DNA of 64,000 nucleotides from an uncultured Candidatus Saccharibacteria bacterium (GTDB lineage: Bacteria; Patescibacteriota; CAZHWT01). The stretch is taken from assembly GCA_964554805.1 (NCBI GenBank), contig CAZKPX010000006.1:11356-75355 (forward strand), given 5' to 3'. Below the pieces are notes generated by a model. The model was not told the DNA's origin, did not search any database, and was given only the letters and a program-made list of their open reading frames with translations. Position 1 is the stretch's first letter; each line of letters opens with the position of its first letter. The position numbers and the translations under genes were made by a program. Positions 36,394-46,939 of the stretch are shown here, piece by piece.

Positions 36394-38754
36394 ATGAATT
36401 CTCAATTTAGCCGGGATGTGGATCGGCAGGCGCAGGCTGTTGAAATTACTCCGGAAATACAACAGAAAATGGATAATCTGCCGATTGTTGATATGCTGGC
36501 AGATGTCACTGAATCGGTCAAACGAAACCAGGCCACGGTTATTATTGGGGCGACTGGTAGTGGCAAAACAACCATGACCGGCTTGCATCTATTGCGCCAA
36601 GGGCTAGCTGTTAATGGCCGTATTGGGGTAACTCAACCTCGTCGATTAGCGGTTATCTCGTTGGCGGAGTTTGTGTCGGGATTGTATGGTTGTCAGCCGG
36701 GGCAAGAGGTTGGGTATCAGGTTCGGTTTGATGATACGACCATGGAAGGCACCAAACTGAAGTTTATGACTGATGGTATCTTGCTGCAGGAGGCCAGTGT
36801 TGACCCGCTGTTTAGCCGGTACGATGTGCTGATTTTTGATGAGGCTCATGAGCAAGGGTTGAATACAGATATTGGCCTAGGTCTGGTCAAACGAGCACTG
36901 AAAGATCGACCCGATCTGCGAGTAGTGGTGATGTCGGCTACTATCGATACGGGCCGCTTCGCGGAGTATTTTGATAATGCGCCGATTATTACTATTCCCG
37001 GTCGCAGCTATCCTATTGATACCGAATATCTGACAGAAGATGAGGCCGTGTCGGCCATGAAAACTTTTAGCGAAGAAGGAGATATGGCTTCGGTGACTTC
37101 TCTGGCGGCCTACAAGGCGCGGCAGGTTCACTTGTCTGGTCGTGAGGGGCATATTTTGATATTTATGCCTGGTAAAAAGGAAATTGCCCAGACTATTGAA
37201 AACCTCGAGTCATTTAATATCTCCGAAGATCAATTCCTGCCTCTGGCGGCTCACAGCGAAATGGATTCATGGGAGCAGCAGCGTATTTTTGAACCAACCA
37301 CGGCTCGCAAAGTGATTGTGGCGACGAATATTGCCGAAACATCAATTACGGTGGACGGTTTAAGCGTGGTTATTGATAGCGGTTTGATTAAGGAAATGAC
37401 TTTTGATCACAAGCATGGTATTGGAGCGCTTAAAACGATTGAGCATTCCAAAGCTGGGTTGAAGCAGCGACAAGGACGAGCTGGGCGCACTCAACCGGGC
37501 TTGTATTTGCCTTTGTTTACCGAAGAGGAATATCATAATGGCCGCCCTGAATTTTTGGAGCCAGGTGTTAGTGGTCGGCCTGACTACTCTACTCCGGAGA
37601 TTCAGCGCGAAGACTTATCCAGCGCGGTACTAAGAATGACTGAGCTGGGTATCCCAGATGTGGAGAATTTTGAATTTATGAATCAGCCGGCTAAGGGTGC
37701 TATTCATAATGCGTTGGTGTCGCTAAAGGTGCTGGGTGCGGTTGACGATCAAAAACAGGTAACGGAGTTGGGTCGACAGATGGCCCGTTTGCCGGTTGAG
37801 CCACGGATTGGTCGATTGATTCTGGCTGCTCAGAAATATGGATGTGTTAAAGAGATCTTGATTATCGCCGCTTGTCTGTCAACCGGTCCGGTATTCACTC
37901 GTCCTATTGGTGAAGAGTCGGCGGCTGATGCGGCTAAAGAGCAGTTGCAGGATAAGCGTGGCGACCTGTTTACCTTGTTAAAGATTATTCCTTTGTATGA
38001 GCGTCAATCGACAGAAGATCGCTTGCAATGGGCTATGCAGAATTATCTTAATCAGCATATTTTGGAAGAAATAATCAAGATTCGCGATCAGCTGACTGAT
38101 TTGGTTAATTGGTTGGATATTCGAATTACTTCGGTGGCTGAGCAGACAATTAATCTGGGGCGCAAAGAGGCGCGCAAGGAAGAATATCAATTACTGGGAC
38201 GGGCTATGACGGCCGGACTGATTCAAAATATTGCTGCCCGAAGTGGCAAGTATGAATATACCCGCCTGAATGGCCATACCATGAAGCTGCACCCATCGAG
38301 TGTGTGGTTTAAGTATATGCCGGATATTATTGTGTGTACTGAGATCTTGGAAATAAATGGCCGCAGACTGGCCATTGATGTGCAGGCGGTTGAATATGAT
38401 TGGGTGCAGGAGATTGCGCCACACATGATCCGGGTTCGCAAAGAGCCGTTGCAGAGTAATTTTAAGGGTGGAGTGTCGGGTACGTACACTGTGACTTATT
38501 TGAATGGTGTGGAAGTGTCGCGTAGTTTCAGTCGGGGTAAGAAAGGTGAGTTGGTTAGTTTGGAGCAATTGGACTCTGAATTGCGGGGGAATGCTGGACA
38601 AAGTCATGGCAGCAGTCACGATAATAATCGCAAGGGCCGCCGCAGTCAAAAAGGCAAGGGTAAACATAAAGACCGTAAGCGAGATCGCAATGCGCCAGTT
38701 TCTGCTAGCGGAGCTGGGCAGAAATTTTTTAAAGGTGGTCGAGGTAAACGTTAG
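36394..38754 (+). CDS. DEAH-box ATP-dependent RNA helicase (HrpA/HrpB family)
   Basis: Walker A 'GATGSGKTT', 'DEAHEQ', 'TNIAETSITVDG', 'QRQGRAGR'. C-terminal HA2-like region and a Lys/Arg/Gly-rich tail. Confidence 0.85.
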   Translation: MNSQFSRDVDRQAQAVEITPEIQQKMDNLPIVDMLADVTESVKRNQATVIIGATGSGKTTMTGLHLLRQGLAVNGRIGVTQPRRLAVISLAEFVSGLYGCQPGQEVGYQVRFDDTTMEGTKLKFMTDGILLQEASVDPLFSRYDVLIFDEAHEQGLNTDIGLGLVKRALKDRPDLRVVVMSATIDTGRFAEYFDNAPIITIPGRSYPIDTEYLTEDEAVSAMKTFSEEGDMASVTSLAAYKARQVHLSGREGHILIFMPGKKEIAQTIENLESFNISEDQFLPLAAHSEMDSWEQQRIFEPTTARKVIVATNIAETSITVDGLSVVIDSGLIKEMTFDHKHGIGALKTIEHSKAGLKQRQGRAGRTQPGLYLPLFTEEEYHNGRPEFLEPGVSGRPDYSTPEIQREDLSSAVLRMTELGIPDVENFEFMNQPAKGAIHNALVSLKVLGAVDDQKQVTELGRQMARLPVEPRIGRLILAAQKYGCVKEILIIAACLSTGPVFTRPIGEESAADAAKEQLQDKRGDLFTLLKIIPLYERQSTEDRLQWAMQNYLNQHILEEIIKIRDQLTDLVNWLDIRITSVAEQTINLGRKEARKEEYQLLGRAMTAGLIQNIAARSGKYEYTRLNGHTMKLHPSSVWFKYMPDIIVCTEILEINGRRLAIDVQAVEYDWVQEIAPHMIRVRKEPLQSNFKGGVSGTYTVTYLNGVEVSRSFSRGKKGELVSLEQLDSELRGNAGQSHGSSHDNNRKGRRSQKGKGKHKDRKRDRNAPVSASGAGQKFFKGGRGKR

Positions 38755-38835
38755 AATAAGTGCTTAAACGCAAATCGCCCCGCACATCATGTGATGTCCG
38801 GGGCGGATGAATGAGCTGTGGTACGACAGTGTCGT

Positions 38836-39309
38836 TTAGCCCGGTGCAGTGTGGGCGAAGTTCGGTCCCAGGATTGCCCTGAGGAAGCCGCAGGTTCCGC
38901 CGAGCGTGTTGTATGAGTAAAGTATATTCCCAATATTAACTATGGGGTTATACTTCACCTCTCGCTGATTATCGAGGGCATCCATCCAAGTGACCAGGAT
39001 GGGCTCTCCTTCTGTGATCTTGAAGGCGATCATGTGGTAAGTATACCACGCTATCGGCTTTTTTTGTAAGCCAAGCCATCGCCAGTCTTTGGCCCATTCG
39101 GTCTCTTTTGTCCAGGATTCGTGAGGGCTATAGAAGCCGACCTGACCCCTTTCCAGTTGCTTGTTCGGGCCTGTCGCCATTAGATAGCCGCCCGCCAGCA
39201 TCCTTGCCTTGACCGTTTCGAAATCGATTTCGAAGTCCAGCGGCCGATTGGCGAGGGCCTCAATCTCTCGCTGGCGGTCCTTTTCGGTGAGCATCAAGGT
39301 GCGTGACAT
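38836..39309 (-). CDS. hypothetical protein
   Basis: 157-aa Trp-rich ORF. No motif recognised. Confidence 0.45.
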   Translation of the reverse strand: MSRTLMLTEKDRQREIEALANRPLDFEIDFETVKARMLAGGYLMATGPNKQLERGQVGFYSPHESWTKETEWAKDWRWLGLQKKPIAWYTYHMIAFKITEGEPILVTWMDALDNQREVKYNPIVNIGNILYSYNTLGGTCGFLRAILGPNFAHTAPG

Positions 39310-40049
39310 TGCCGTGTCTCCTGCTGTCTATGACAGCTGTTAAACAATGACGATATATGAATTATACCGCGCTATAGGCTTTATGTCAATAACGTTTGTT
39401 ATGATTTGATATTTATTGGAGTGAATAGTTCAAAAAGGGAGTTGAGGGGATGACGCCATGCCCGGGCATGGCGTCATCTTAGTTCTTATCTTGAGAGCCG
39501 GCTAGACTGTCGTTGGCTAGGCGAAACTCCCAGCTTGGAATCTCAATGATTGCTCCCCTGAAATAAAACCTTGCGTTGCGCTTTGACTGAGGTTGCTTTG
39601 CCTGTCGCAAGAAACAAAAGTAGGCTGCTTCCGCCCGGTCCGGATTTGACTGGTTGACTGCCTCGTCTAGATCCGGCTGGCCGAATGGCCTAAATGACTC
39701 AAGGTTGGGCATTACCCCTACTGGTGGTTTGTGTTGGCCGAGGATGATAATGATCGGTAATAGCCCAAAGCGAGCGCTGAATTCTCCTACCAGCCAGAGC
39801 AGCTGCCGAGCTCATAGTCCTTCGCTTTGTAGCCCTGACTGTCGACGATAAAGCTGACTTAATTTCCTTTCCAACACCCATCTGTCCCATGCGTTGAGTT
39901 GGGGATATGTTGGATAGCATAACCTGTGAAGTCTGTCCACTTTTTTATCCAAGTTCTACCAGCATGCGACTGGAGGTAAAACAACAATCCCCGCCTAGGA
40001 TTGACAGGGATTGTACTCTCTTGAGCTTGGGAGTTCAAGTTAGGTGTTA

Positions 40050-41228
40050 TTAGCGGGTGAAGGTCGAGGTAGGAGTTGGGGTTCGGCTTGGGGTGGGGGT
40101 GACTTTGCTGGTTGAGCTTGGAGTTGGCGATGTGGGCGCAGTGATGGTCGGAGTAGCTCCGCAGACAATTAAACTTTGCCCGGTATTGGAATAGTAGCTA
40201 AAATAAGCAGGACTGCCGGAGCCTTTTTGACAGGCGACGGTATTGGCGGATAAGGTTGTGTAGGCGACGACTTCTGATTTGTCGCTGGCTGCTTTGATGG
40301 TGACGTCAGTAACGCTCTGTAGTGAGGCTAGATATTTTCCAGATGCCAACTTGGATAGGTTATCGCAATTTGTATAGCTGCCAGTGGCTTGTTCGGTGTA
40401 ACAGTCTTCCAAAGCGCGGGCTACTTGTGCTATCTGGTTTTTTTGACCGGAGTCATTGACTTCATTTAGGCGAGATTGAGGATTGATCATGATTAGACTG
40501 AGGGTTGCTGCCAGGCCGATAAGGCTGGGGACTACTATAATTACCAGATATATCTTAGCCCACTTGCTCCATTTGCTCATATTTTGTTGATACGACTCAA
40601 AACTATCCCAGTAGTGAGATTGCCAGGCGATGCGGCGGGCACTTTTTATATAGAAAACGAGCACGACTAGGTTGAGAATTGGAATACTTGATCCTATAAG
40701 AGAGATCGCGCTATGACGAAGAGAGTTTTGGGCAATCAGGAATATTGAGCCCCATACGCCAGCCCAACTAGCACCGTTGATAAATATCTTTTGCTCTTCG
40801 TTGAGGCTATCGATGACTTCTTGGGGAGGACTAAAGCTGTTGCCTGATCCGTTGGAGGCCGATGATTGATTGACGACTTGTGGGGCGGCTTGGGTTGGGG
40901 GTGGATTGAGACTAACTTCGTTGGCGGGCGGAGTAATATCAGAAAGAGCTGATCCGGCGGCGACCGTAGCGGCTTGGCCTGGTTGGGTGCTATTTTTCCG
41001 CTGCTCTTCGAGGTGAGCCATCAGCTCTTCGCTGGCTGGCAGATAATTTGGTTTATTATTTACTGAAGGATCAGCGGGCGCCGGAGTAGGTTCAGTGTTG
41101 GCGTGAGCTGCCTCTATCTCAGCCGGAGAAGCAATCACCTGATCGTTTGCTGCAGGCTGATTATCTGCCTGATTATCCGGCTCGGACGGGGTATTTGGGG
41201 TGTTGTCTGGGGCTGGTGTATCTGCCAT
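40050..41228 (-). CDS. membrane protein with Pro/Thr-rich termini and Cys-containing extracellular C-domain
   Basis: Acidic Pro-rich N-terminus, 3 or more TM segments, C-terminal domain with paired cysteines, and a PT-rich tail. Confidence 0.5.
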   Translation of the reverse strand: MADTPAPDNTPNTPSEPDNQADNQPAANDQVIASPAEIEAAHANTEPTPAPADPSVNNKPNYLPASEELMAHLEEQRKNSTQPGQAATVAAGSALSDITPPANEVSLNPPPTQAAPQVVNQSSASNGSGNSFSPPQEVIDSLNEEQKIFINGASWAGVWGSIFLIAQNSLRHSAISLIGSSIPILNLVVLVFYIKSARRIAWQSHYWDSFESYQQNMSKWSKWAKIYLVIIVVPSLIGLAATLSLIMINPQSRLNEVNDSGQKNQIAQVARALEDCYTEQATGSYTNCDNLSKLASGKYLASLQSVTDVTIKAASDKSEVVAYTTLSANTVACQKGSGSPAYFSYYSNTGQSLIVCGATPTITAPTSPTPSSTSKVTPTPSRTPTPTSTFTR

Positions 41229-41335
41229 AGAAATCTCCGTTATGTGAAAATTGTATAGGTTATATACTCACTCTACACGATTATGCTTGGTTGATGCAAG
41301 AATGCTTGACTGATTTGTAGTATACTTTCTAAGTG

Positions 41336-41391
41336 AACAGTGAACAGTGAACAGTGAACAGTGAACAGTGAACAGTGAACAGTGAACAGTG
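41336..41391 (+). repeat. (GTGAACA)8 heptanucleotide microsatellite
   Basis: Perfect 7-bp tandem repeat of 8 units. It ends in GTGAGTAG at the 5' edge of the next ORF. Confidence 0.9.
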
Positions 41392-41403
41392 AGTAGAAGC
41401 TTT

Positions 41404-41886
41404 ATGTCTGAATTTGGAATCGTTACAGCTTTTGATAGTAGTGTGATCGCCTTTATGAAAAAGGTTTATCTGCCAGCAGCTCGTCTGGCTTTGTTTGTAG
41501 TTTTTGGTTGGTTTGGAGTTTTGAAAATCTTTGGTTTATCCCCTGCTACGCCGTTGGTGCGGGCACTGTTTGATCAAACGCTGCCATTTCTACCATTTAA
41601 TGAGTTTATGATGGCATTTGGTATTTTTGAGTTGGCGATTGGCATAGCTTTTTTGATAAAAGGTTTTGAACGACTGGCCATTGCCTTGCTTCTCCCGCAT
41701 ATGGTGATGACCGCTATGCCATTAGTGTTGCTGCCGGGTATGGTTTGGACGAGCTGGTTTGTGCCGACTTTGGAAGGGCAATATATTATTAAGAATTTGG
41801 TTCTAGTGGCTGCAGCTATTGGTATAGCAGCACAGTTAGTGCCCTTGCGTAAGAAAAAGGCTAAAAATAGTAAAGAAGAAAAATAA
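41404..41886 (+). CDS. small multi-TM membrane protein (DoxX/DUF417-like)
   Basis: Four hydrophobic helices. An alternative GTG start at 41389 lies inside the heptamer repeat. Confidence 0.5.
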   Translation: MSEFGIVTAFDSSVIAFMKKVYLPAARLALFVVFGWFGVLKIFGLSPATPLVRALFDQTLPFLPFNEFMMAFGIFELAIGIAFLIKGFERLAIALLLPHMVMTAMPLVLLPGMVWTSWFVPTLEGQYIIKNLVLVAAAIGIAAQLVPLRKKKAKNSKEEK

Positions 41887-41998
41887 AAGCTAAAATTCTT
41901 TACAATTTGCTTGACATGAGACCTATAGCTGAATATAATATTGCCTGTCTAATTCTGGTGGCCAAGGTGGCTGCAAAAGAATTTGGCTAGATAGATAG

Positions 41999-42574
41999 GT
42001 GGGTGTCATGCGCAGGGTGGTGTCAGCTTTGATTTTGATGTTTGGATTGATGGGGCTGGTGGTCTCGTCTACTGCTGCACAGGTGCAGCCGGTGCGCTTC
42101 ATGCAGGCTGAAATATTCACCTGCAAGCCGGACAATCGGACCACTGAGCTGGTGGCTGATACCATTCGCATTACGCAATGCGAGGCCTACGAGTTGGCCT
42201 CAGAGGATGCCTTCGGCCGAGCGCTGCAGCATCGGTGCTTCGGTGAGGAAGAGGTGATTCGTATGGCCAGCATGGACGGCGAAATTCATGTCCAGCTGAC
42301 CGAGATTTACTCCGAAGGCGCTGGTGCCTGGGAACTTACTCGTCTCGACGTCACATCGCAGGATGTGCGCGGCTACGATGAGCAAGGCCGCGCGTACCCG
42401 ATTGAGCTCAACGCTTCATTCGAGCCAGGGATCAAGGGGCCGGGCTTCGGTCATTCCCATATATCAGTGGCCGACGCAGACGTCACGTACGAAAAGTTCG
42501 AAGGATTTGCTCAGACCGAGACGGGCTGGAAGCCAAATGCGTCTGCGCCGTGGGGATGTATCTACCCAAGATAA
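41999..42574 (+). CDS. secreted hypothetical protein (GC-rich)
   Basis: Signal peptide 'ALILMFGLMGLVVSSTAAQV'. GC content is visibly higher than the surrounding DNA. Confidence 0.5.
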   Translation: MGVMRRVVSALILMFGLMGLVVSSTAAQVQPVRFMQAEIFTCKPDNRTTELVADTIRITQCEAYELASEDAFGRALQHRCFGEEEVIRMASMDGEIHVQLTEIYSEGAGAWELTRLDVTSQDVRGYDEQGRAYPIELNASFEPGIKGPGFGHSHISVADADVTYEKFEGFAQTETGWKPNASAPWGCIYPR

Positions 42575-42736
42575 TCTCGCAACAGACATCCTAGGTTTTG
42601 CTGCTATCCCGGCGCTTCGGCGCCGGGTGGCTTTCCCTTGTAACGCGTTTAAGGAATTTGCTTTGGTGTGGTAATATATTCAAGTCTATCCCGATTTGAT
42701 CGGGGGTCGAGTTTGCTTGTTAGTTCAATGTAATAT

Positions 42737-42811
42737 GGGCCGGTAGCTCAATGGTAGAGCAGTTCCCTCTTAAGGAATTGGTTGGGGGTTCGAATCCCTC
42801 CCGGCTCACCA
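42737..42811 (+). tRNA. tRNA-Lys (anticodon CTT)
   Basis: GGGCCGG acceptor, D-arm GCTCAATGGTAGAGC, anticodon stem GTTCC/GGAAT with loop CTCTTAA, T-loop GGTTCGAATCC, encoded CCA. Confidence 0.85.
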
Positions 42812-42849
42812 AAAATCCCCCATGACTGAATGGTTGTAGGGGATTTTTG
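42812..42849 (+). terminator. rho-independent terminator after tRNA-Lys
   Basis: aatcccc...ggggatt stem followed by TTTT. Confidence 0.7.
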
Positions 42850-42938
42850 ATTCGTTATGGTTGATTCTCACTACGCGCACCATTTTCGTTAATGTATCAT
42901 ACACTCCCAGTAAGGTGTGTTTTTGCTATAATTAGATT

Positions 42939-43346
42939 ATGCAAAAAACAACTACTTTCTTAATGTTTGTCGGTGATCAGTGCGGTAAAGCCGAAGAGGC
43001 AATTAATTATTATGTGTCGCTTTTTCCTGACTCAGAAATAAAGTATGTTGACAAATGGAAACAAGATGAGCCAGGCGGTGAAGAAGGTTTGATAAAACAG
43101 GCTTCATTCTCTATTGCTGGTCAAGAGTATATGGCTAGCGAAAATAGAATGGACCACAAGTTTTCATTTACTCCAGCAATTTCAATTTATGTTAATTGTG
43201 ACAGTGAAGACGAGTTGCACAAGCTATTTGAAAAACTATCTGAGGGCGGTCAAGTCATGATGCCTGTGGATGGCTACGGATTTAGTAAAAAATTCGGCTG
43301 GGCTGCAGACAAATACGGAGTATCCTGGCAACTTAATCTCGCATAA
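42939..43346 (+). CDS. VOC-family protein (PhnB-like / 3-demethylubiquinone-9 3-methyltransferase-domain fold)
   Basis: 135 aa. 'TTFLMFVGDQCGKAEEAINYYVSLFPDSEI...FTPAISIYVNCDSEDELHKLFEKLSEGGQV...KFGWAADKYGVSWQLN' matches the PhnB-like glyoxalase-fold family pattern. Confidence 0.8.
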   Translation: MQKTTTFLMFVGDQCGKAEEAINYYVSLFPDSEIKYVDKWKQDEPGGEEGLIKQASFSIAGQEYMASENRMDHKFSFTPAISIYVNCDSEDELHKLFEKLSEGGQVMMPVDGYGFSKKFGWAADKYGVSWQLNLA

Positions 43347-43536
43347 TACTAATAAATTATTAGAATAATCTTGTTCAAAGGCGGTAGGTGACTTTTGGCA
43401 TTTCAAACGTGCTGTCAATAATTGCTTCTATAAGCTTAAGAGCATTCTATGACTCCTCGGTGCAAGGCTCGCAGATAGGAAATACTATTACTCGAAGAGT
43501 AAAATAGTATTCTCTATCGTCACAAAGTTATCTCTA

Positions 43537-43590
43537 CTGGCTCACCAAAAGTGGCATCATGAAAGTGATGTCTTTTTTGTTATAGTGATA
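43537..43590 (+). repeat. family-C repeat copy (tRNA 3'-end-like 'GGCTCACCAAAA' + hairpin + T-run)
   Basis: ctggctcaccaaaagtggcatcatgaaagtgatgtcttttttgtt. Upstream 43440-43536 carries the associated 'gcagataggaaatactatt...agtattctctatcgtcac' palindrome. Confidence 0.7.
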
Positions 43591-43743
43591 GACAAAGTTT
43601 TTGGATAGGTGTTCGATATTTTGATACCCTAATGCACTAATCGAACTCCATATTTTGTGTTTACTCCAAAACAGCGCCATTGTGGCGCTGTTTTGGTTTG
43701 AGTGACCATAGAAATCAAGTCGGTAGCTAAGCGCTAATCATGA

Positions 43744-43956
43744 CTACTTCTTTGGTCCACCGAAGCCATGGCGACCTGGGCCACCAAATCCGCTGCGGAG
43801 ATATTCCAGGGGAATGTCATTGTCTTCAGCCCATTGTGCAAGTTCATCGCGTTGTTGCTCCATAGCTTCACGACGCTCTTCACTCGATACGTCTTGCATT
43901 GAGTCGCGATTTGTCGCACTCTGGTCTTTCAATTCTTGCTGCTTGGCTACAATCAA
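43744..43956 (-). CDS. small hypothetical protein (Gly-rich C-terminus)
   Basis: 70-aa ORF. No motif recognised. Confidence 0.3.
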   Translation of the reverse strand: MIVAKQQELKDQSATNRDSMQDVSSEERREAMEQQRDELAQWAEDNDIPLEYLRSGFGGPGRHGFGGPKK

Positions 43957-44114
43957 GTCTTTTTGCTCAAACGTAAGTTCGCCATCATCAACAGCATCTT
44001 GTAGTTTATCTTCTTTGCGTACCTTTTAAAACAGTAGGCCTGCAGTCACTAATTGTGTCATATTGGCTCGCTAGACTCCTGTCTGTTCTGCTGTGTTTTT
44101 TGGGATATTCATAG

Positions 44115-45659
44115 GTGAATAGGGAGCGTGTGCATGCTTCAGGCAAGCTTATTGCTTTCTCTTATCAACCGAGTTACAGTATTGATATGAATATTTCTGA
44201 ATCTACTGCTAATACCACTGCTAATCAAGATGAGATAGTTAATAGCCCTACTCAGGATGCCAGTTTGGTGCCACCGGTTAAACAAAGGTCGTCTAAAAAG
44301 AAATACTGGATAGTCGGCAGTAGTCTGTTGCTGACCTGTTTGTTATTGGTTGGGGCTTGCTACTGGTTTATGGTGAGAAATAATCAGGATGAGCAGATTG
44401 CAGAGCAGACGGGATCTAGTCTCATGCCCACTCCACAAGTACCGGCTATAAGATTTGATCAATTACTAGCCACTCCAACAGCTTCTGTTACCCCTACTCC
44501 TACCATTTCGTCTCCTTCTATTGATCCGTCAGCATTATTTAAGGGATTATCAAGGGCTACCTTGCCGACGGCCAGCTTGCAAAATATTAATAGTGCTGAG
44601 GCGCGCAAAATATCATTACAAAATTATCGACTGCGTAGGGCTTCGATTGTCTTAGCCTCTGACCCAGCCGAGTTGCCTGTGTATGGATGGAATAATCCTA
44701 TTGCTAACGCAATGAGTAGTTCACTTGCCAGTGATCGCGAGCAAGATCGGAAAGTTATTTTAAGCATGGCCGCTCACTATGGCTTAACACTCCAAGATCG
44801 AAAATCTGAGGTTTTACAGCCATCGACAACCTATGCCGCTACCTTTAGCAAGAATGGCAAAGAGTACGAATTTCCTGATGTGCGAATAGGTACTCCTAAT
44901 TTTCGGGCAGCATTGCAGAAGTCGGGATCCTTTACGATGACCAAGGATCAGGCTGCTATAAAGGCCAAAGAGTATGTGTCCGTATCTGGGTTAGCGTACC
45001 CTAATATTGACTGGGATAACGCTGTGGTAGGTAGTCTGTTCAGTCAGTCGGGTAATGGTTCGTACATGGAGGTTGTTGTGCCGGTTCATTTGGGTAGTTA
45101 TAAAGTGTTATCAACTAATATAGCTGATGATATTAGAGTACTTTTTAATAATCAGGGGGTGTGGCAGGTGCAGTCGATGAATGGAACGGTATTTAATACC
45201 TATCCAACGTATGATACCTATCCATTAATTACTTTTAATCAGGCTAGAGATGAGGTAGCTCATATGGGCGGCTATCTGAATTGTGTGGATTTGGAGTCGT
45301 CTTCTCTGGGAGATGCCAGTTCTGATTATTACAATCATCACTGTAATCATGTAGCGACTACCAACAATAACAACACCGCATTTGGAAATTATGGCGGAGT
45401 GTTTCAAGATGTATCTTTAGCCAGAGTGGAGCTGGTCTATGCTAAGCTGCCTAATCCAGACTATTCTTTTGATAAGCCAACTTCCTCGGCTTACTACTTT
45501 TTGCCGGTATATCGCTTTACAGGTAGCGCTATTGCTAACTATGATTTGACTAAGACTACCCCTAACTCGGCGGGGCAGCCAACTAATGAATGGTCCAGAA
45601 TGCGTGATGGCAAACGACACCTATTCAGCATGATGGTGCCGGCAGTCAAGTTTGATTGA
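44115..45659 (+). CDS. membrane-anchored secreted hypothetical protein
   Basis: N-terminal TM 'YWIVGSSLLLTCLLLVGACYWFMV' followed by a 450-aa extracytoplasmic region. Confidence 0.5.
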   Translation: MNRERVHASGKLIAFSYQPSYSIDMNISESTANTTANQDEIVNSPTQDASLVPPVKQRSSKKKYWIVGSSLLLTCLLLVGACYWFMVRNNQDEQIAEQTGSSLMPTPQVPAIRFDQLLATPTASVTPTPTISSPSIDPSALFKGLSRATLPTASLQNINSAEARKISLQNYRLRRASIVLASDPAELPVYGWNNPIANAMSSSLASDREQDRKVILSMAAHYGLTLQDRKSEVLQPSTTYAATFSKNGKEYEFPDVRIGTPNFRAALQKSGSFTMTKDQAAIKAKEYVSVSGLAYPNIDWDNAVVGSLFSQSGNGSYMEVVVPVHLGSYKVLSTNIADDIRVLFNNQGVWQVQSMNGTVFNTYPTYDTYPLITFNQARDEVAHMGGYLNCVDLESSSLGDASSDYYNHHCNHVATTNNNNTAFGNYGGVFQDVSLARVELVYAKLPNPDYSFDKPTSSAYYFLPVYRFTGSAIANYDLTKTTPNSAGQPTNEWSRMRDGKRHLFSMMVPAVKFD

Positions 45660-45754
45660 AGCCTGACTTTTTCGTAATTTTTGGAGACCATCTACTCAGG
45701 AACACAAAAGATAAAACATGGCTTTTGTAAGATCATTTATCCAATAAAGCAAGT

Positions 45755-46260
45755 GTTCGAACTGTGCATCATCCGGCTCACCAAAACACCCCGATTGTCT
45801 TAGCGACGGTCGGGGTGTTTTTGTTAGTCTTGATGATTCTAACCGCGCACAGCGCCAGGTTCGTAGATAGGAAATACTGTTGCTTGAATAAAGCTGAGTA
45901 GTATTCCCTATCGTCACGCAGTTATCCCTCCCGGCTCACCAAGAATCCCTCATCATCTTAGCGATGGTGGGGGATTCTTTGTGATCTGGTCGGTATTTTG
46001 AATACTGCGTAGCATAGGGGGCGAAGCTAGGAAAGCACTATTTGAACAACGATTCAAATAGTGTGAACTAGCGTTACGAATCCGCCAGCTGGCGGAGGAG
46101 TTACCCTCCCCTACCCCGATTGTCTTAGCGATGGTGGGGGAGTTTTTGTTGTGTCGGTTGGATTCTAGCTGCGCGAAGCGCCTAGTTTGTAGATAATAAA
46201 TATTATTCTTAAAAAGCGTAATAATATCCCTTGTCGTCACGGAGTTATCCATCCTTGCAA
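45755..46260 (+). repeat. three consecutive family-C composite repeat copies
   Basis: 45755-45830, 45935-46000 and 46100-46160 each contain '(c)cggctcacca(a)aa...ttagcga(c/t)ggt(c/g)gggg...ttt(t)gtt'. The spacers contain a 'tagata(g/a)(g/t)aaatact...agtatt' palindrome and 'cgtcacg(c/g)agttatcc'. Confidence 0.8.
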
Positions 46261-46281
46261 TAAGAAATTGAATGTTATAAT

Positions 46282-46848
46282 TTGACGATGAAAACAGAAG
46301 AAAAACGATTTCAAAACATTTTAGAATCTTTTCCAAAGCTTGAGCCTATTATGGTAAAACTTGATGAAGCTCATATTCCATACGCAATTAGTGGAAGCGC
46401 TGCGCTTTATGTTCAGGGGCATGACCGAATGCCTAATGATGTGGATTTTATGTTACCAGATGAGGCGTTTTATAAAGCAAATAAGTTGTTTGACATAGAG
46501 CCGCAGTATATAGAGCGACCTTACAACAGTATGAATAAATCCACTCCCGTCGATGATGGTTCAGTAGAATTTCTTAATCGGTATACGGCTAGAGCTGATG
46601 GTCGTTCTTATTATTCCCCTCCATTAAAAACGATTCCTGTTGTATTTAACGGTAGAACGGCAGAGTTTATTCTTGCTGAAGAGATTGCCGCGTACAAGCT
46701 CATCAGTCGCCGCAATCACCATGGCGATATGGAGGATTTTAATAAATTATTTCAACATCCAAACTTTAATATGAGCTCTTTTTGGAAAATTGTGGATTCG
46801 ATTAATGCACGCAAGATAGTTGCTGACTTATTACTGGATAAGCATTAA
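46282..46848 (+). CDS. nucleotidyltransferase-fold protein (minimal Pol-beta-like NTase)
   Basis: 'ISGSAALYVQGHDRMPNDVDFML' fits the hG[GS]-x(9-13)-DhD NTase motif. 188 aa. Confidence 0.55.
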   Translation: MTMKTEEKRFQNILESFPKLEPIMVKLDEAHIPYAISGSAALYVQGHDRMPNDVDFMLPDEAFYKANKLFDIEPQYIERPYNSMNKSTPVDDGSVEFLNRYTARADGRSYYSPPLKTIPVVFNGRTAEFILAEEIAAYKLISRRNHHGDMEDFNKLFQHPNFNMSSFWKIVDSINARKIVADLLLDKH

Positions 46849-46939
46849 TAGCAGATGATGACTTTCTGCTCAAGTGGCTTTTATGCAGCCGTTTAATCTT
46901 CAAGTTCGAAGACTAGCTTGCTTCGCATATCTTCCAACC

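Noticed and set aside
36646-38667. Several minus-strand ORFs (36646-36855, 36877-37152, 37978-38190, 38191-38667, 38223-38489)
   Set aside because: They are embedded antisense in the well-supported HrpA-like helicase gene.
41336-41391. Possible CRISPR array (regular short repeats)
   Set aside because: The units are contiguous 7-bp tandem copies with no spacers, so this is a microsatellite. No cas genes are present anywhere in the window.
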